DNA of 63,441 bases, the filler included, from Octopus bimaculoides (taxonomy: Eukaryota): assembly GCF_001194135.2 (NCBI RefSeq). It is 7 parts of 7 records of this genome, joined end to end, with 100 filler letters (N's around TTAATTAATTAA, not from the genome) between each part and the next. Parts side by side here need not be neighbours in the genome. Positions count along the whole stretch, not along the records: positions 17,724 to 30,445 come from NC_068985.1; positions 30,546 to 38,121 come from NC_068983.1; positions 38,222 to 47,784 come from NC_068992.1; 4 more parts are not named here. One strand, 5' to 3'. Within the stretch, counting starts at the first letter, position 1. Every line of letters starts with the position of its first letter. Positions 26,545 through 40,306 of this stretch are shown here, one piece after another. The notes below the pieces were generated by a model. It did no database searches. It was not told where the DNA came from and saw nothing but the letters and a program-made list of their open reading frames with translations. The position numbers and the translations under genes are program-made.

Positions 26545-27850
26545 GGTTAGACGTGTTCTGTATTTTTTGATGAATTTTCTTTATTTAAACGTTTTTGTAT
26601 AGAAATTGTATCATTGCACTGGTAGAAGGGGAAAACTATGAAATTTGGTTTGATGTTACCTGCACATCTCTCTATGTGTTCACTAAAAGAATCTGTCTGT
26701 ATTGCGGGAACCGGATCTGCTTTGTATGTAGAGTGGTTCTCCGCCTCAATGTCGTACGCGTCTGTTCTATATAGTGATGTCCACAATCCGAGCAGGTTAT
26801 TACATAAATGAGGTTATCAGAGGTACAAGTGAAGTTGGTTTTAATTGTAAGCCTCTCTCCTTGTTTGAAAAGGAAATCTGAGCCTTCAAGTAGGTTGGGG
26901 TATGTTCCACAGTTTGGGCGTCCACATTTTTTAACCGTTGATTTCGTGGTTGTTCTGTAAAGCTTCGCATTTGTTAGAAGTCTCTTTAGCGATTTGTGTT
27001 GCATTTTGCATTTGATGAATGTTTTCAGGATGTTGTTCATTTTGGGGTCTCTAGTTAGTAAAGTAAGATTTTGCACAAGAGTGTTGTATGCCTCATTGTT
27101 TCTAAAGTTGTGAGTTGATATATACAGTAGTGTTTTGAGATGAGGTGTGGTGTTATGTTTTGTTATCCTTAGTGCTTTTATGTCTAATTTCTTGGCACGC
27201 TTAATACCATCATCTATAAGTGAGAGTGGATATTGTCTTTCAATTAGTGTTGTTCTGAGGTCTTGAAGACGAAGGTCTCAAGTAATTCTTTCAGACACTA
27301 TTGCGCAAATCCTTTTTGCCAAATAAAAGGGATGTTTATTTTGATGTGTTTCAGGTGGCACGAGCTAAAAATGGAGATATTGCTTCGAGTCCATTGGTTT
27401 CTGATGTCAGTTATAATTTGATTGTTGACTTTTTTCTCATAATATCCAAAAATTGGAGCTGTTCTTTACTATATTCCATTGTGAACTGAATGTTACGGTT
27501 TATATCATTTATTGTTGATTTGAATTCCTAAAGTTTATCAATCGTCTCCTTCCAAATGATAAAACAGTCATCCAGGTATCTTTTCCAGTTTTCTTTTATA
27601 TAATGGCGAAATGGATAACCATATTTTTGCAATGACACTTCATATATGGTGAATCCAAATTAACCCATTATTAGGTCCGCAAGAACAGGGGCTGCTTTCG
27701 TTCCCATCGCAATTCCGCATTGTTTTGACGATAGTGGGTGTCATCAAATAGGAAATATTTGCTCGGAAGTATAAATTTTAACTATTCAATATGAGCCATC
27801 AAAGACAAGTTACCCCTTCACCTACACGGCCGGTGATAACTAATCGTAGA
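26545..27850 (-). mobile_element. Penelope-like element: RT C-half plus GIY-YIG endonuclease, degenerate
   Basis: Minus strand encodes GIAMGTKAAP and RYLDDC (RT), and CGRPNCG...NLIYVITCSDCGHHYIEQT (Zn linker plus GIY-YIG). Confidence 0.88.
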
Positions 27851-28305
27851 ATATAAAAAATTGAATACACGCGTGCGAAAAAAAATGTACTTAATTAAAC
27901 TAGGGACCCCGCACCTATTACTCAACGAAACTAACCAGTCTACCACAAGCAAACCTCTACCCAGCGAATTTACCAGCGCAAGAACAAGATTTAATGTAAG
28001 AATTACTACCTTCGTTTTATATTACCATCACATATGTATCAATTATTTTCGCATCCTAACCTATGCATCTATCTATATTCGCATTCTGAAGAGATTTACT
28101 TAAACCAGTAAATTGAAACGACCGTAAATGCCACCTTCATCTCTGCTTCTTCCTTCTTTGTTATCTAGTTAAATTAAAAGCATACCAGCGAAAACCACGA
28201 GTTTCCCCATTATTTATATATCCATTTTCTTCTCCTATATAACCTAAACTACGGTTTACCAACCGAACCACCTGCTACCGTACAACCTTATATATATACA
28301 CATTC

Positions 28306-28896
28306 ATATATGGGTACAGGACGTCACCAACGGTTCAAGCAACATGAAATACATAAACAAACGAGTTAAATGCGCAAACGACGAGAACAAATGGAAAACA
28401 GAACAAGCAAGCGCAGAGAAAGGAGCCTTCATCAGTTATCGGCTGTCTATCTACTTCTCATTTCGAGCATTCAACGACAGTTCATCAAAGACAGTTGCTC
28501 CCATGAATTCTAAAATACAATTTAGGATTTATGGAGGGTCAAAGTTGGGAACAAAAACATGACAGGGAAGACATACAAGGAAACCGAACGAAAACAAATT
28601 TGGAGGGTCGTTAGACCAGAACGAGAGCAAAAATTGAACGCTGTTAGAGAACATTTTTTTTTAATAGAAAAGATAGAAGAGAGAGAGAAAAAACATCCGT
28701 GCAGGAAAAGAAAGATGGACGATGGTCACGTGTGAGCAACGAGAGAGAGAGAGAAAGAGAGAGAGAGAGAAGGAGAAAGTTGGGAGAGAGAGATACTTGC
28801 TTGTCCTGTTTTCCATTTTTTTCTCGCTGTTTTTGTATCTAACTCGTTTGTTTACGTATTTCATGTATTTTGAACCGTTGGTGACGTTCTGTACCC

Positions 28897-28902
<6 letters not shown>
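28306..28902. repeat. Dispersed repeat with inverted partial copy
   Basis: 28306-28411 is the reverse complement of 28796-28902; another copy at 60496-60623. Confidence 0.75.
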
Positions 28903-28929
<27 letters not shown>

Positions 28930-29675
28930 TGTATTTGGCGAGGTAAAATAGGCGGGGTAAAATAGAATCCAATCTATTCAAAGCGTCGATGTCGGGCGTT
29001 ACTACCCATCAGTCAACCAGTCTGGTCTATACATTTTTTCTCCTAACTTTTGTTCTACAACACCAGATTTTAAGTATTTTATTTCTAAATGTAGTTTATC
29101 ACTAGTCAAACATAATTCAAAAGCTAAATTTGATTTCGATTAAAACTGAATTAATGAGATTGCTTGGAAGACGCCGACTGCGACAAAAAAGCTACGTTAA
29201 GAATATTATTCAACTACTATCGTAGTTGAATGATATATATATATATATATATAATATTCAATTTATTTGCATATGAAAATTAACATTCTTTTATTAAATA
29301 TATTTGGATGGAACCTGTCTCTAATTTCCATATGTACACTGTATATTCTTTTACACGGTTTTATTTTGCACAGTAGTTTCTGGAACGTGTCCCCCGTGCA
29401 AAAAGAGAATTGGGTATATATNNNNNNNNNNNNNNNNNNNNNNNNNNNNNNNNNNNNNNNNNNNNNNNNNNNNNNNNNNNNNNNNNNNNNNNNNNNNNNN
29501 NNNNNNNNNNNNNNNNNNNNNNNNNNNNNNNNNNNNNNNNNNNNNNNNNNNNNNNNNNNNNNNNNNNNNNNNNNNNNNNNNNNNNNNNNNNNNNNNNNNN
29601 NNNNNNNNNNNNNNNNNNNNNNNNNNNNNNNNNNNNNNNNNNNNNNNNNNNNNNNNNNNNNNNNNNNNNNNNNNN

Positions 29676-29856
29676 TGGTATTATTCCTGAGGGTATAAAA
29701 TGATGTAAAACAATGTAATCATCACGTCAGGGAAAAAAGAGAAACAAAACACATCAATAAGCCATTTTAACCTAATGATGTATTTTATCTCTCTTTTTTC
29801 CCTGACGAGATGATTACACTGTTTTACATCATTTTATTCCCTCAGGAATAATACCA
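29676..29856. mobile_element. MITE-like hairpin, ~67-bp arms
   Basis: TGGTATTATTCCTGAGGG...AAAAAAGAGA / TCTCTTTTTT...CCCTCAGGAATAATACCA. Confidence 0.75.
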
Positions 29857-30615
29857 ATGTTTTCTTCGAAATATTTATCGGAAGTATAAAGATTTGAATA
29901 ACACCTGCGTTTAACTCTATTTCTTAATTTATCTATGTTATACAGAAACATTTCACTAAACCCTGGAACTTCTACCTTTATAAGTAGGCTGTAACATCCT
30001 TGGCACTTATGTGAATTTTTGCTAACCTGATAACTATTTATTTATTATTCCCGTGTTATTTATACACATTGAAATAATACACATACATACATACATACAT
30101 ACATGCATACATACATACATACATGCATGCATACATCCATACATACATACATACATACATGCATGCATGCATACATACATACATACATACATATATATAT
30201 ATATATAAATTTATATAAGGGCATTAACTATATAGTAATGCCTCACGTTTAGAGGGACTAAATAAGTCAAAAACTACCAAAAAATAAGCAACATATTTAC
30301 CGAAAGCGAGGAAATGCAGCTTTCAAAATTAATCTCTTAAAAACATTTAACTTAACGGTAAACCACTGGTTTCTCAATCAATACAGTAAAACTGTGAAGT
30401 AAGCTGCATCTTTTGTTCATCAGTACACGTATGGTCGAGACACATNNNNNNNNNNNNNNNNNNNNNNNNNNNNNNNNNNNNNNNNNNNNTTAATTAATTA
30501 ANNNNNNNNNNNNNNNNNNNNNNNNNNNNNNNNNNNNNNNNNNNNTGTGTGTGCGTCTGTGTTTGTCCCACCAACATCGCTTGACAACCGATGCTGGTGT
30601 GTTTACGTCCCAGTA

Positions 30616-30653
<38 letters not shown>

Positions 30654-31094
30654 TAATAATAAATGCCCTGATGTAGTACCAGGCATTGGTTCTCGTGGTT
30701 TCTCATCTTAACTGATTGTAAGTTTTATCATGTATATTGTTTTGTCGTATAAATGATGGGCTTCAGTAAATATTGTACTTAATACTACAAATTTGCTTGT
30801 CAGTTGTTTGACCTTAACCAGTTGAGCATGTCCCTTAGTGGCTGACGATATTTGCATCTCTGATCAAAAACAGAAGTAGTTGGGGAGCGTTATAGCTATA
30901 TGTTGAACGGATTTTTGTGGGGTTAGGATAATTCACTTTTGGAAACATGGGTGTTTCGTTCAACATCCTTAAACAACCATTATTCAGTGATCTTTGGAGC
31001 GTGATGGGCTACTCGACCTGAAGAAAATTCTACCTTGTCTCCACCTGCAAGGTTATGCACTGTTTATCTTGATATAATATCACAAATTAGACTA

Positions 31095-31374
31095 TTTGAG
31101 ACAGACCAGAGAGATCTTATAAGCAAATAAATAGTGGAGAACGAAGTGCTTGCAGAAGAAGCTGGAATGTTCTGGAGTAATATTTGGGATAAGCCAGTTA
31201 TTCATAATGGAGGTGTAGTATGGTTAGAGTGAGTGTTGGAAGGAGTAGTGAGTGAGAAGCAGCTAGATCTAAGAGTAACTAGTACATTAATGAGCAAAGT
31301 GTTAGGAAGAATGCCGAATTGGAAGGGCCCAGTGCTAAATTTAGTTCAAGAGTACTGACTAAAAAAATTGAGTA
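31095..31374 (+). mobile_element. R4/Dong-like (RLE) LINE fragment, split by mariner insertion
   Basis: EEAGMFWSNIWDKP...MPNWKGP...LKKLS; the peptide resumes at ~32657-32700 (LNGRLREQLHDCL). Confidence 0.65.
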
Positions 31375-32654
31375 TCATGTCATTAAGAATGAAATGTCTG
31401 ATTTTGTTATACACCAGGCTTGACAGTCGTTAACTCTAATGTTTCATTCTGACAATTCTTTGTTTACAACATAGAAGAGTTACATCATCACTTTTCGAAA
31501 TGCAATTCATGGTGTCTGATTATATTGTGAGTTCTTTCTAGTAAATCAATTTTTTGTGAACCCATGGATAGATGAAAATTTCGTGTTGTTTAAGAATGTG
31601 TGTTCCGTCGTGTAACCAATAGATCTCAGACAGCTCGAAACATCAATGAGGTGTTTAGTTAAGAGGAGGCGAATGAGCGCACTGTTTGTTGAGGGTTTGA
31701 AAAGTTCCAATCTGTTGACTTTACTCTTGAAAATCAGCCCTGTGATAGACCTGAGACTGAGGAAAAGAATAATGAGCTGGAAACAGTAGTGGAAGCGGAT
31801 ACATCTCAACTACGCGTGAGTTAGCAGCAAGGTTTCATATTTCGATTCCATCTCTACTGGACCATCTGCAACAAATCGGCAATATAAAGAAGCTGGATAA
31901 GTCGGTAGATAACGAACTGAATGAGCATCAAACGACACATCGTCTTGATACTTGCTGTTCTTTGCTGAGACGGCATAAAATCGAACCATTTTTGCATTGT
32001 ATTGTTAAGGTGTTATGACAAATGGATTCTTTTCAACAATAGCAAGCGTTCTGTACGGTGGTTGGATAGAGACGAAGTGCCAAAACACAATCCAAAAAGA
32101 ATATTCACCAAAGAAAGCTAATGGTGTCTGTTTAATGATCCAGCGCGCGCTGGTGTGGTCGATATCAGCTTCATGAGACCCGGTAAGTCAATTACAGCGA
32201 ATGTATCAACCAGTTGGATGAAATGATGAATGAACTTGCAATTAAACAACCGAGATTGGTCAAGAGGGATACAGGCTAATTCTCTTGCAAGACAATGCTC
32301 CACCACATGTTCCACAAAGAACACTACTCAAGTTACAGGAAATTAAATTAGAAGTATTGTCATCCGCCATATTCTACACATCTTTCACCAGCTGACTCTT
32401 ACCTTTTCCAGACATTAGGCAAGTTTTGCTAGGAAAAACGTCAAATCTAAAGAAGATATAAAAATAGCCTTTCCTGATTTCATTACCTCTTGCTCAACAG
32501 AATTTATCGCTGTCGTCATAAATAAGCTACCGAGAAAATGTCAAAACTGTGTTCGTAACTTAGGTGCAGTTTGATTAACTGCCTTGCTTTTTGTTGATAT
32601 AAAGTAAAATAAACATTCAGTTCAAAATCAGAGATTTCGTTCTTAATAACATGA
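31375..32654 (+). mobile_element. Full-length degenerate mariner transposon (transposase pseudogene 31564-32578)
   Basis: ~32-bp TIRs (TCATGTCATTAAGAATGAAATGTCTGATTTTG / CAAAATCAGAGATTTCGTTCTTAATAACATGA); TA at both flanks; 1280 bp; remnants of ARNINEVF, LQDNA.PH, HPPYS..L.P.D and KCV.N.GA.FD. Confidence 0.92.
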
Positions 32655-33387
32655 TAGATTAAATGGGAGGCTGAGGGAACAACTTCATGATTGCCTTAAT
32701 ACACACATGCACACAGATATAGACGCGTATGTTTTTGATAGATAAATAAATGGATAGATAGATAGATAGATAGATACATACATACATACATACATACATA
32801 CATGCATACATACATACATGCATGCATACATACATACATACATACGTTTATATTATTAAAGTTTAAAGGGTTAAATGATTGTAAAATGATCGGTTGTGTG
32901 TAAAGAACAATTTGAAACGCGATAAACAATTCTAAACCAAATAAAAACTGCGCTTGTTCAAAGCTACATAAAAATTTGTCGATAAACATGAAACGATACG
33001 TGTAACGAAAATTATGCCTCTTGATATATTATGAGAAACTTAAAAGAGAAGAGTATTTGATATTATTTTCAAAAGTAATTAATTATGTGTGAATATAGGA
33101 TTTTTCCCTTTTTAGTTCTTGTGGGATTAGCTTAATAATAATAATAGACTAAATTATCACTAATACCACTGAAGTAGATCAATAACAAATAGTGTACAAA
33201 GCAAGCAAATCTCTAGATAAAATAGCCCACAGAAAAATATGTAAATGAAATATACATCCAAAGAGTAGATAGATACAAAGACAGATCTAATGATAACTGT
33301 ATATAAGCACATCTTTATATGAATTAAATATCGAAACAAATACGCATTTACAAATGTTTACTGACTCTCATTGCAAAAAAGTTTTTT

Positions 33388-33422
<35 letters not shown>

Positions 33423-33539
33423 GAATATATGTGTGTATGCACACATGCATACACATATATGTATGTATGTTGTACAATATTGTGCCTGCAAGCAGCTATA
33501 GATGCATTCAGGTTATATACACTAACTCGTGGAACTAAA

Positions 33540-33757
33540 ATTGATTTCAAAATTTGGCACAAAGCCTGCAATTTCGAGAGAGGAGGTAAGTCGATTACAT
33601 CGATCTCAGTTCTCAACTGGTACTTATTTTATCGACCCCGAAAAGATGAAGAAAAGCAAAGTTGACCTGGGCAGAATTTGAACTGTAAATAAGGACGGAT
33701 TAAATGCTGCTAAGCATTTTGCCGGCTTGCTAATGATTTTGCTAGCTCGTCGCCTTT
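33540..33757 (-). mobile_element. SINE family 2, degenerate
   Basis: Reverse complement of the AAGGCGGCGAGCTGGCAGAA... family. Confidence 0.75.
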
Positions 33758-36052
33758 TTAATGGAGAAAAATTAAGAAACAGAAGCAGTAGCTTCTATCC
33801 CTTTTTCGCAATTTCGTTGCTGACATATAGCTTCAATTAGATTCACGTGATTTTCCTGAAAACTATATAAAGTGTTACCTTCCTAGCTGTAATCTTATGT
33901 ACACTACCTTTTCAAAGTCCATAAAAAGACAATCATAATAGATTTTATAGACTACTACGTTAGCTATTATAAAGCGATGTCTCACGTTCACATAATGTTT
34001 TAACGTATGATGACTCAGAAATCGTGTACGGTCATTAGTCTCGTATTCGCTGCAATATTGCTTGTCCATCGTAATGACTTCAATGGAATTTGTACATTAT
34101 TCAAGATAACCAAACTTAAGGATTTTGATCCTTTACTGCTGATGGTTATACCACTGCATTTCTTACTCTCTGTGATTTGGATTTAAGATATTTTAGTCAT
34201 TGTAATAATATTTCTATTTTTTTCTTAAATTTAACATTTTACTATTTATACAAAAGAGCAACAATACTGCTCTCATTGTCATATACTTATCTAGCATTCT
34301 TTTGCAATTCCAGATGTCACTTTCATTCTATGTTCTTATTTCTTCAACTGATATTACATCTACAGTGACATGAATCACTTCTTGTATTTCAGAATATCAG
34401 AACGTTGTATTAAAATGTTTTCTCCAATTTTTTTAGATATTTACATAACATTTTGCTCTGAGACACAAACATCTCAAACCCTATTTATGGACCATTTCTA
34501 CTCTCCAGCCTCTATACATTAGGGCTCTTAAATGTCACGTCAAACGATGTTATTAGCGCATAAGTAGATTCTACTCTTCCCGTGCTTTATCTCCCTCTTA
34601 CAAAGACATCAGTAACAAAGACTGTTTATTGAGACTAAATATTCCACTTAACTTCTCCAGATACATTTGATCGTTTCACCATTTTGATTATATCTACTCT
34701 TTCATTAAGAGTATATGTCACACTTTGGCTTCTCTTGAAGTATTCGTCTTCGAATTCAATGATCTCAACTAACAACATACTGGTAATACTGGGATAAGAA
34801 ACAGAATTTTCGGAAATCTTCATTACATACCTTGTCATTTCAATTCCCTAGTGACAATCCTGACCGACAGACGGGCAGTCCAAACACCACTGACCTTTTC
34901 TACTTGACGGTAAATGGCTTTGCACTTATCGGACTGTTAGAGAGCTGCTTCATTGCAACCAACATATACACATTGTTACATCAAAAGCGCGAGAGAAGAG
35001 TGACACAAACAAGTGACAGAGAAAGAGAGAAACAGAGAGAGATAGTAGATGCTTAAATCCAAAGAAAAGTTGTCAAGCAATGATGGTGATACATAACACA
35101 GCAAATATTGGATGTCGGTTTCACTTTTCCTTAGCACACGAAGATAAAATTAACTCAAAAATGGCTGAGTACTCCACAGACATGCATAACATTAACGTAG
35201 TTCTCAGCGTATATGTTTTTCAATTGAAACACTGAATCATTTTGGACATTTATTGTTTAAATAACAAGAGAAAAACTGAGAAAGAGAGATGGTGAGAGAG
35301 AAAGAGCTTGAAGACAACTAAAACAATTCCAGTCAGTGGCAAAGAAACAGGTAGGAAGAGAGAGAGAGGGGAAGACTTCGTTGTGGACTGACACTTACTG
35401 TCTGTCTGTCTGCCTCTCCCTCTGGGTATGTGTTTGTGTATGTGCGTGCATGTATGTGTATGTGCGTGTTGCCGTTTTGAATTCCTTTCTACAACTAACC
35501 TTAAACTGCTATTAATAGAAACCACACACACACGCACACGCACACACACGCACACACACGCACACACACGCACAAGCACATTTGTTTTAGCCCATTTCAA
35601 CTGCAGCCATACAGCCACACCCGTGTGTTTCGCTCCAAAATTCAAATTTTGAATTTGTTTCCATTATAAAATTACACCTCAGCTAAAATGCAACTTTTGG
35701 CTTCGGAATACAACGTTGTCTTCTTCTTTCTATATTATTTAAGTTAGAATTTCTGGCTCATTTGTTGTTGTGTCATCATTACACATGCACATTACACCTT
35801 TAAGACCAGGGAACCAGTTAGGGGCCTTCTGGATCTCTTTCGGTATACCAATAAACCACAAAATCGCACCAGCCAACATCACCACTACCTCCAAGCCCGT
35901 CATATATATATATATATNNNNNNNNNNNNNNNNNNNNNNNNNNNNNNNNNNNNNNNNNNNNNNNNNNNNNNNNNNNNNNNNNNNNNNNNNNNNNNNNNNN
36001 NNNNNNNNNNNNNNNNNNNNNNNNNNNNNNNNNNNNNNNNNNNNNNNNNNNN

Positions 36053-36270
36053 NTGTGTGTGTGTGTGTGTGTGTTTGTGTGTTTGTGTGCTTGTCTCACC
36101 ACCACCGTTGCTTGACAAAAGATGCTGGTGCGCTTCCGCACCTGTAATTTAGCTGTTCAGCAGAAGAGACTGATAGAATAATCACCAGGAGTCAATTTCT
36201 TCGACTAATGGGTGGTGCTCTAGCATGGCCACCGCCAAATGACTGAAGCAAGTAAAAGAATAAAAGAATA
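36053..36270 (+). mobile_element. SINE family 1 3' half (head probably in gap)
   Basis: CGTTGCTTGACAA...GGTGGTGCTCTAGCATGG...AAAAGAATAAAAGAAT. Confidence 0.7.
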
Positions 36271-36434
36271 CCAGAAAAACTTTCTGTACCACTAAACCAA
36301 GAAGGTTCTTTGAATATCTAGAATGTATTTTAAGTTTAAATAGTAATTCCGTTTACGTTTGTGTAACAGATATTTTGGTTGGATTATATAGTCATTGGTG
36401 TTATTACTTTCTATATTCTGTAACTCTCACAATA

Positions 36435-36575
36435 TAGTTTTCTAGGCCTGGATTTTTTGTGGGGGGTGGATCAGTTGATTAGATCGACCCTAGTACACAA
36501 CTGGTCCTTAATTTATCGACCTCGAAAGGACGAATGACAAAGTCGACCTCGGTAGAATTTGAACTCAGGACGTAA
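36435..36575 (-). mobile_element. SINE family 2 partial
   Basis: AGGCCTGGATTTT...GTCGACCTCGGTAGAATTTGAACTCAG. Confidence 0.7.
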
Positions 36576-37079
36576 AGATAGTCATAATATACAAAAATTT
36601 CTCATGGCACCAGTACACTGTTTATAGATGCTTACAGTCTTTGTTTACCGTGAATTTTTCACGGGTGCAGCTAGTATATCATTTTCTATCAGCAATTTTA
36701 AAACAGAACAAGGTGAATTAGTTCTTTCCAAGGCCAAGATCAGCGCTCTCATTGATCACTAGTAGTGGTAAACACATTTTACATCTGCTGACCGCAAGGG
36801 TGTGACACTTCTTTTGTCCTCTGATTGCACAGGAATGCGAAGTCCCATTGTAGATCTCCTTCTCATGCAATTCGGTCTATTCACCAAGGTGCTTCACTTT
36901 CTCCTACTATCTCCACCAACCATCACATATTTATGATCATCCCAAGAACAAGACAAAAGTCAAGACTAAACAACATCTAATAATACCACACAGTAGTTGG
37001 AGCACGAATAGCATCTCAAGACGGTTACAATACCAGTGATTGTAGTAGCACTTCGAATGATCAAATAAGGAACTGAAAA

Positions 37080-37175
37080 TTATTTGAGAATGAGCTCTAG
37101 ATTACCATCCATGCAGGAGTGCAAAAGATTGTATTAACTGGTACGTCACACGTATTGAGAAAGGCATTGTTGCTG
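37080..37175 (+). mobile_element. R4/Dong-like LINE 3' end fragment
   Basis: PSMQECKRLY / IVLTGTSHVLRKAL resembles the RLE-LINE C-terminal 'QK.VL.GT..ILRK.L' motif. Confidence 0.5.
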
Positions 37176-37419
37176 TAAATTTTATTTCCTTTTTGCCCTT
37201 TGTTTTATTTTCTTTGTTTTCTTTGTTTACTTCTCTATTTCTTATTTTTTATTTTTCTCTGTCTTTCTTCTCCTTTTTTCTATCACATGACTTTGTAAAT
37301 GAACAATCTGGTGTGATTATTTTAATGGCTTATAAATGTATACATTGCGTTTCTCTGCCCTAAGTCTCAGGAAGGCACTCGGCAAGAACAGGAAACAGAC
37401 CTGATAGATGATAACGAAA

Positions 37420-37451
<32 letters not shown>

Positions 37452-38078
37452 CGGAATCCATATCAAAGCCAAACAAAAAACGGCGGACAGATAATCATAA
37501 ATACTTTAAAATAGTTGATTTAGGAGTTACACACACACACGCTAATATGCTCAACTGGTACTTAGTTTATCAACCCCAAAATCATGATAAGCATATTTGT
37601 CCTCAGCGAGATCTGAGCTCACAGTATAAAAAACCGGAAGAAATGCGGCTAACCGTTTTGTCGATGCGCTAACTATTCTGTTACTCAGGTTTTCTCTCAT
37701 GTAGCTATATTTTTGTAACTCCATACCACTGGGTTAAACTTGCGGTCATTCCACATCCTAGTTCTGTTTAGTTACGTTTACCAGTGCGTCTACAGCATTA
37801 TTTCTAATGTTATTTTTATATTGCTTTGTATTGTACATTGTAAGTCTATATTTAATGTAATTCTCTTATCTTAGTTTCTTTATCCAGAATAATATTAGTG
37901 TGTTTATTATATTCCGTCTCTTCAAGATTTCTTGACACTTTTTACTAAGCCAAATGTCTTATCGTTTTCGTACGTAAATCGATTTTTTGGTCTAGAGTAG
38001 CATTTCTAATGATTTATTATATGCAGCATACAACTTAGGGTGATGTGTGTGTGTGAGTGTGGTGTGTGCCTGTGTGAG

Positions 38079-38121
<43 letters not shown>

Positions 38122-39051
38122 NNNNNNNNNNNNNNNNNNNNNNNNNNNNNNNNNNNNNNNNNNNNTTAATTAATTAANNNNNNNNNNNNNNNNNNNNNNN
38201 NNNNNNNNNNNNNNNNNNNNNATATATATATATATATTCAATTAGTGAACAGTTTATGAGGGAAGTTAATTTCCATTGCCTCGCCCACCGTCTGAAGTGC
38301 TTTGCATATAGAAACATGTAACCTTTCTCTATGTGTATGTGATTGTCTATCTACATTCGTAGACCCATAAGTATCGATATACGTAAGTGTCTATGCGTAT
38401 ATGCTCACACACAACTATATATACATACACACAAATACTCACAAAGGCTATACATATGTGTGTGTGTATGCATGCGTGCGTGTATGTGTGTGTGTGTGCA
38501 TGTGTGCGTGTATGTGTGAGAGAGTACATGTGTTTGCATGTATGTGTGTAATTAAACTCTCTCACGCATGCCCGTATACAGAGACAAGCCACCCATCGTC
38601 TAATTATATTAATTCCCATATTTCGACGATTTTCAACTTCATCAACAGATGATAATTACGATATGTATGCTCGAACGGTTCCACAAATCAAAGGTTTTCT
38701 TCCAGAACGAGCTTTTGACATGATTTATCTCATATTCTTTCATTCCGTTGAAGCAACGACTTTGTTTTAGAGAATGGAATCCTTGACTGCTTCTTCGTGG
38801 GTTTATCACTTCGCTGACCTTTAACCCTAACCCTAACCCAGCTAAGTTTACTTCGGTTCTGTCAAGATATCAATGCTTGGGGGTTTTATTTTAAGTTTGA
38901 AATAATTATGAGTAATTAATTAACAGATTTGAGCGGTGAAATGGAAGAATCGCTTCAACACCTACTTTCACTTTTAAATGTTGCGCAACAATATTTAATT
39001 TCGACGACATTTTTAGTTCATTACTTCCCGCTGGGAGAGGATTTTCGTATC

Positions 39052-39055
39052 AACA

Positions 39056-39087
<32 letters not shown>

Positions 39088-39119
39088 CATTATTATTATC
39101 ATCATCATCATCATCATCA

Positions 39120-39186
<67 letters not shown>

Positions 39187-39242
39187 NNNNNNNNNNNNNN
39201 NNNNNNNNNNNNNNNNNNNNNNNATCATCATCATCATCATCA

Positions 39243-39306
<64 letters not shown>

Positions 39307-39313
39307 CATTATT
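39052..39313. repeat. Compound (TAT)/(CAT) microsatellite
   Basis: Seen directly in the sequence. Confidence 0.95.
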
Positions 39314-39526
39314 AAGGTAGCGAGCTGGCAGAATCGTTAGCACGCTGGACGAAATGCTTAGCAGTATTTCGTCCGTCTGCACGTTCTGAGTTCAAATTCC
39401 GCCGAGGTCGACTTTGCCTTTCATCCTTTTGGGGTCGATGAATTAACTACCAGTGAAATACTGAGGTCGATAAAATAGATTGTACTCCTCCCCCAAATTT
39501 CAGGCCTTGTGCCTATAGTAGAAAGG

Positions 39527-39560
<34 letters not shown>
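39314..39560 (+). mobile_element. SINE family 2, full length, with (TTA)n tail
   Basis: A-box TGGCAGAATCGTTAGC, B-box GAGTTCAAATTCC, body, GGATTATTATT tail. Confidence 0.88.
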
Positions 39561-40259
39561 GGTCCGTTGTCTTCTGCGTACACGGTCTAAAATGTGTGCA
39601 GAACCTAGCAACACTATTTTCTTAAGTTTTCCGACGTTAACACTGTGTGTGTGTGTCTAGACCAACGTGTGTGTGTGTCTGCGTTTGTGGTGTGTTTGTT
39701 CCCCGCACACACCGCTTGACACGCTAAAAGAATATTAAGTACTGGAATCGATTCTTTCGACTAAAAGTGATGCCCCAACATGACCGCAGTCCAATGACTG
39801 ATGCAATTAAAATATATAAGGCATAAGATAAAAGGGACAGATTCGATCGTGCGTCTGAGAAACAAAATACATGACGGAGGCGTGGTCAGGTGAGAGCTGC
39901 CGTTTGGTCGCACATCTGCTCGATCAGGGCTGAGGATCAACAACAACAACTAAAACAAGAACAACAACGACAACGATGACAACAACGCCGATGGCAACTA
40001 CAACATCACCGTCTTACGTTTTGAGTTCAAATCCTACTAAAGTCACTTTTTTTTTTTACTTACATCATCCCGGGGACCGTTACATTTAAGTGCGTCACAA
40101 GTGCTGGAGACGATTAAATCGATTACATCACACCCATCTAAACAACAAAATGTTTTTCCTTTTGCCAATTCTTGTAAAAGATCGATTATAGCTTATTTGT
40201 ACTTAGAATGGAGACAATATTTGTCAGAACGTGTGTGCGTCCGTGTGTGTGTGTGTGTG

Positions 40260-40306
<47 letters not shown>

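Noticed and set aside
27861-28103. ORF with HLLLNETN resembling an APE endonuclease N-terminus
   Set aside because: The resemblance is limited to one short motif; other APE motifs are absent.
28415-28475. Hammerhead ribozyme in the dispersed repeat (minus-strand CGAAA...CTGATGA)
   Set aside because: I could not build stems I-III with the correct topology.
28995-29035. GRYYPSVNQ as the missing mannosidase GNYYPVN exon
   Set aside because: Motif spacing is wrong and there are no flanking splice sites in phase.
34635-34838. Minus ORF with KRSQSVTYTLNERVDIIKMVK (pogo HTH-like), or a first coding exon ending ATGACAAG|GTATGT
   Set aside because: Two incompatible weak readings; no TIR, catalytic domain or partner exon found.
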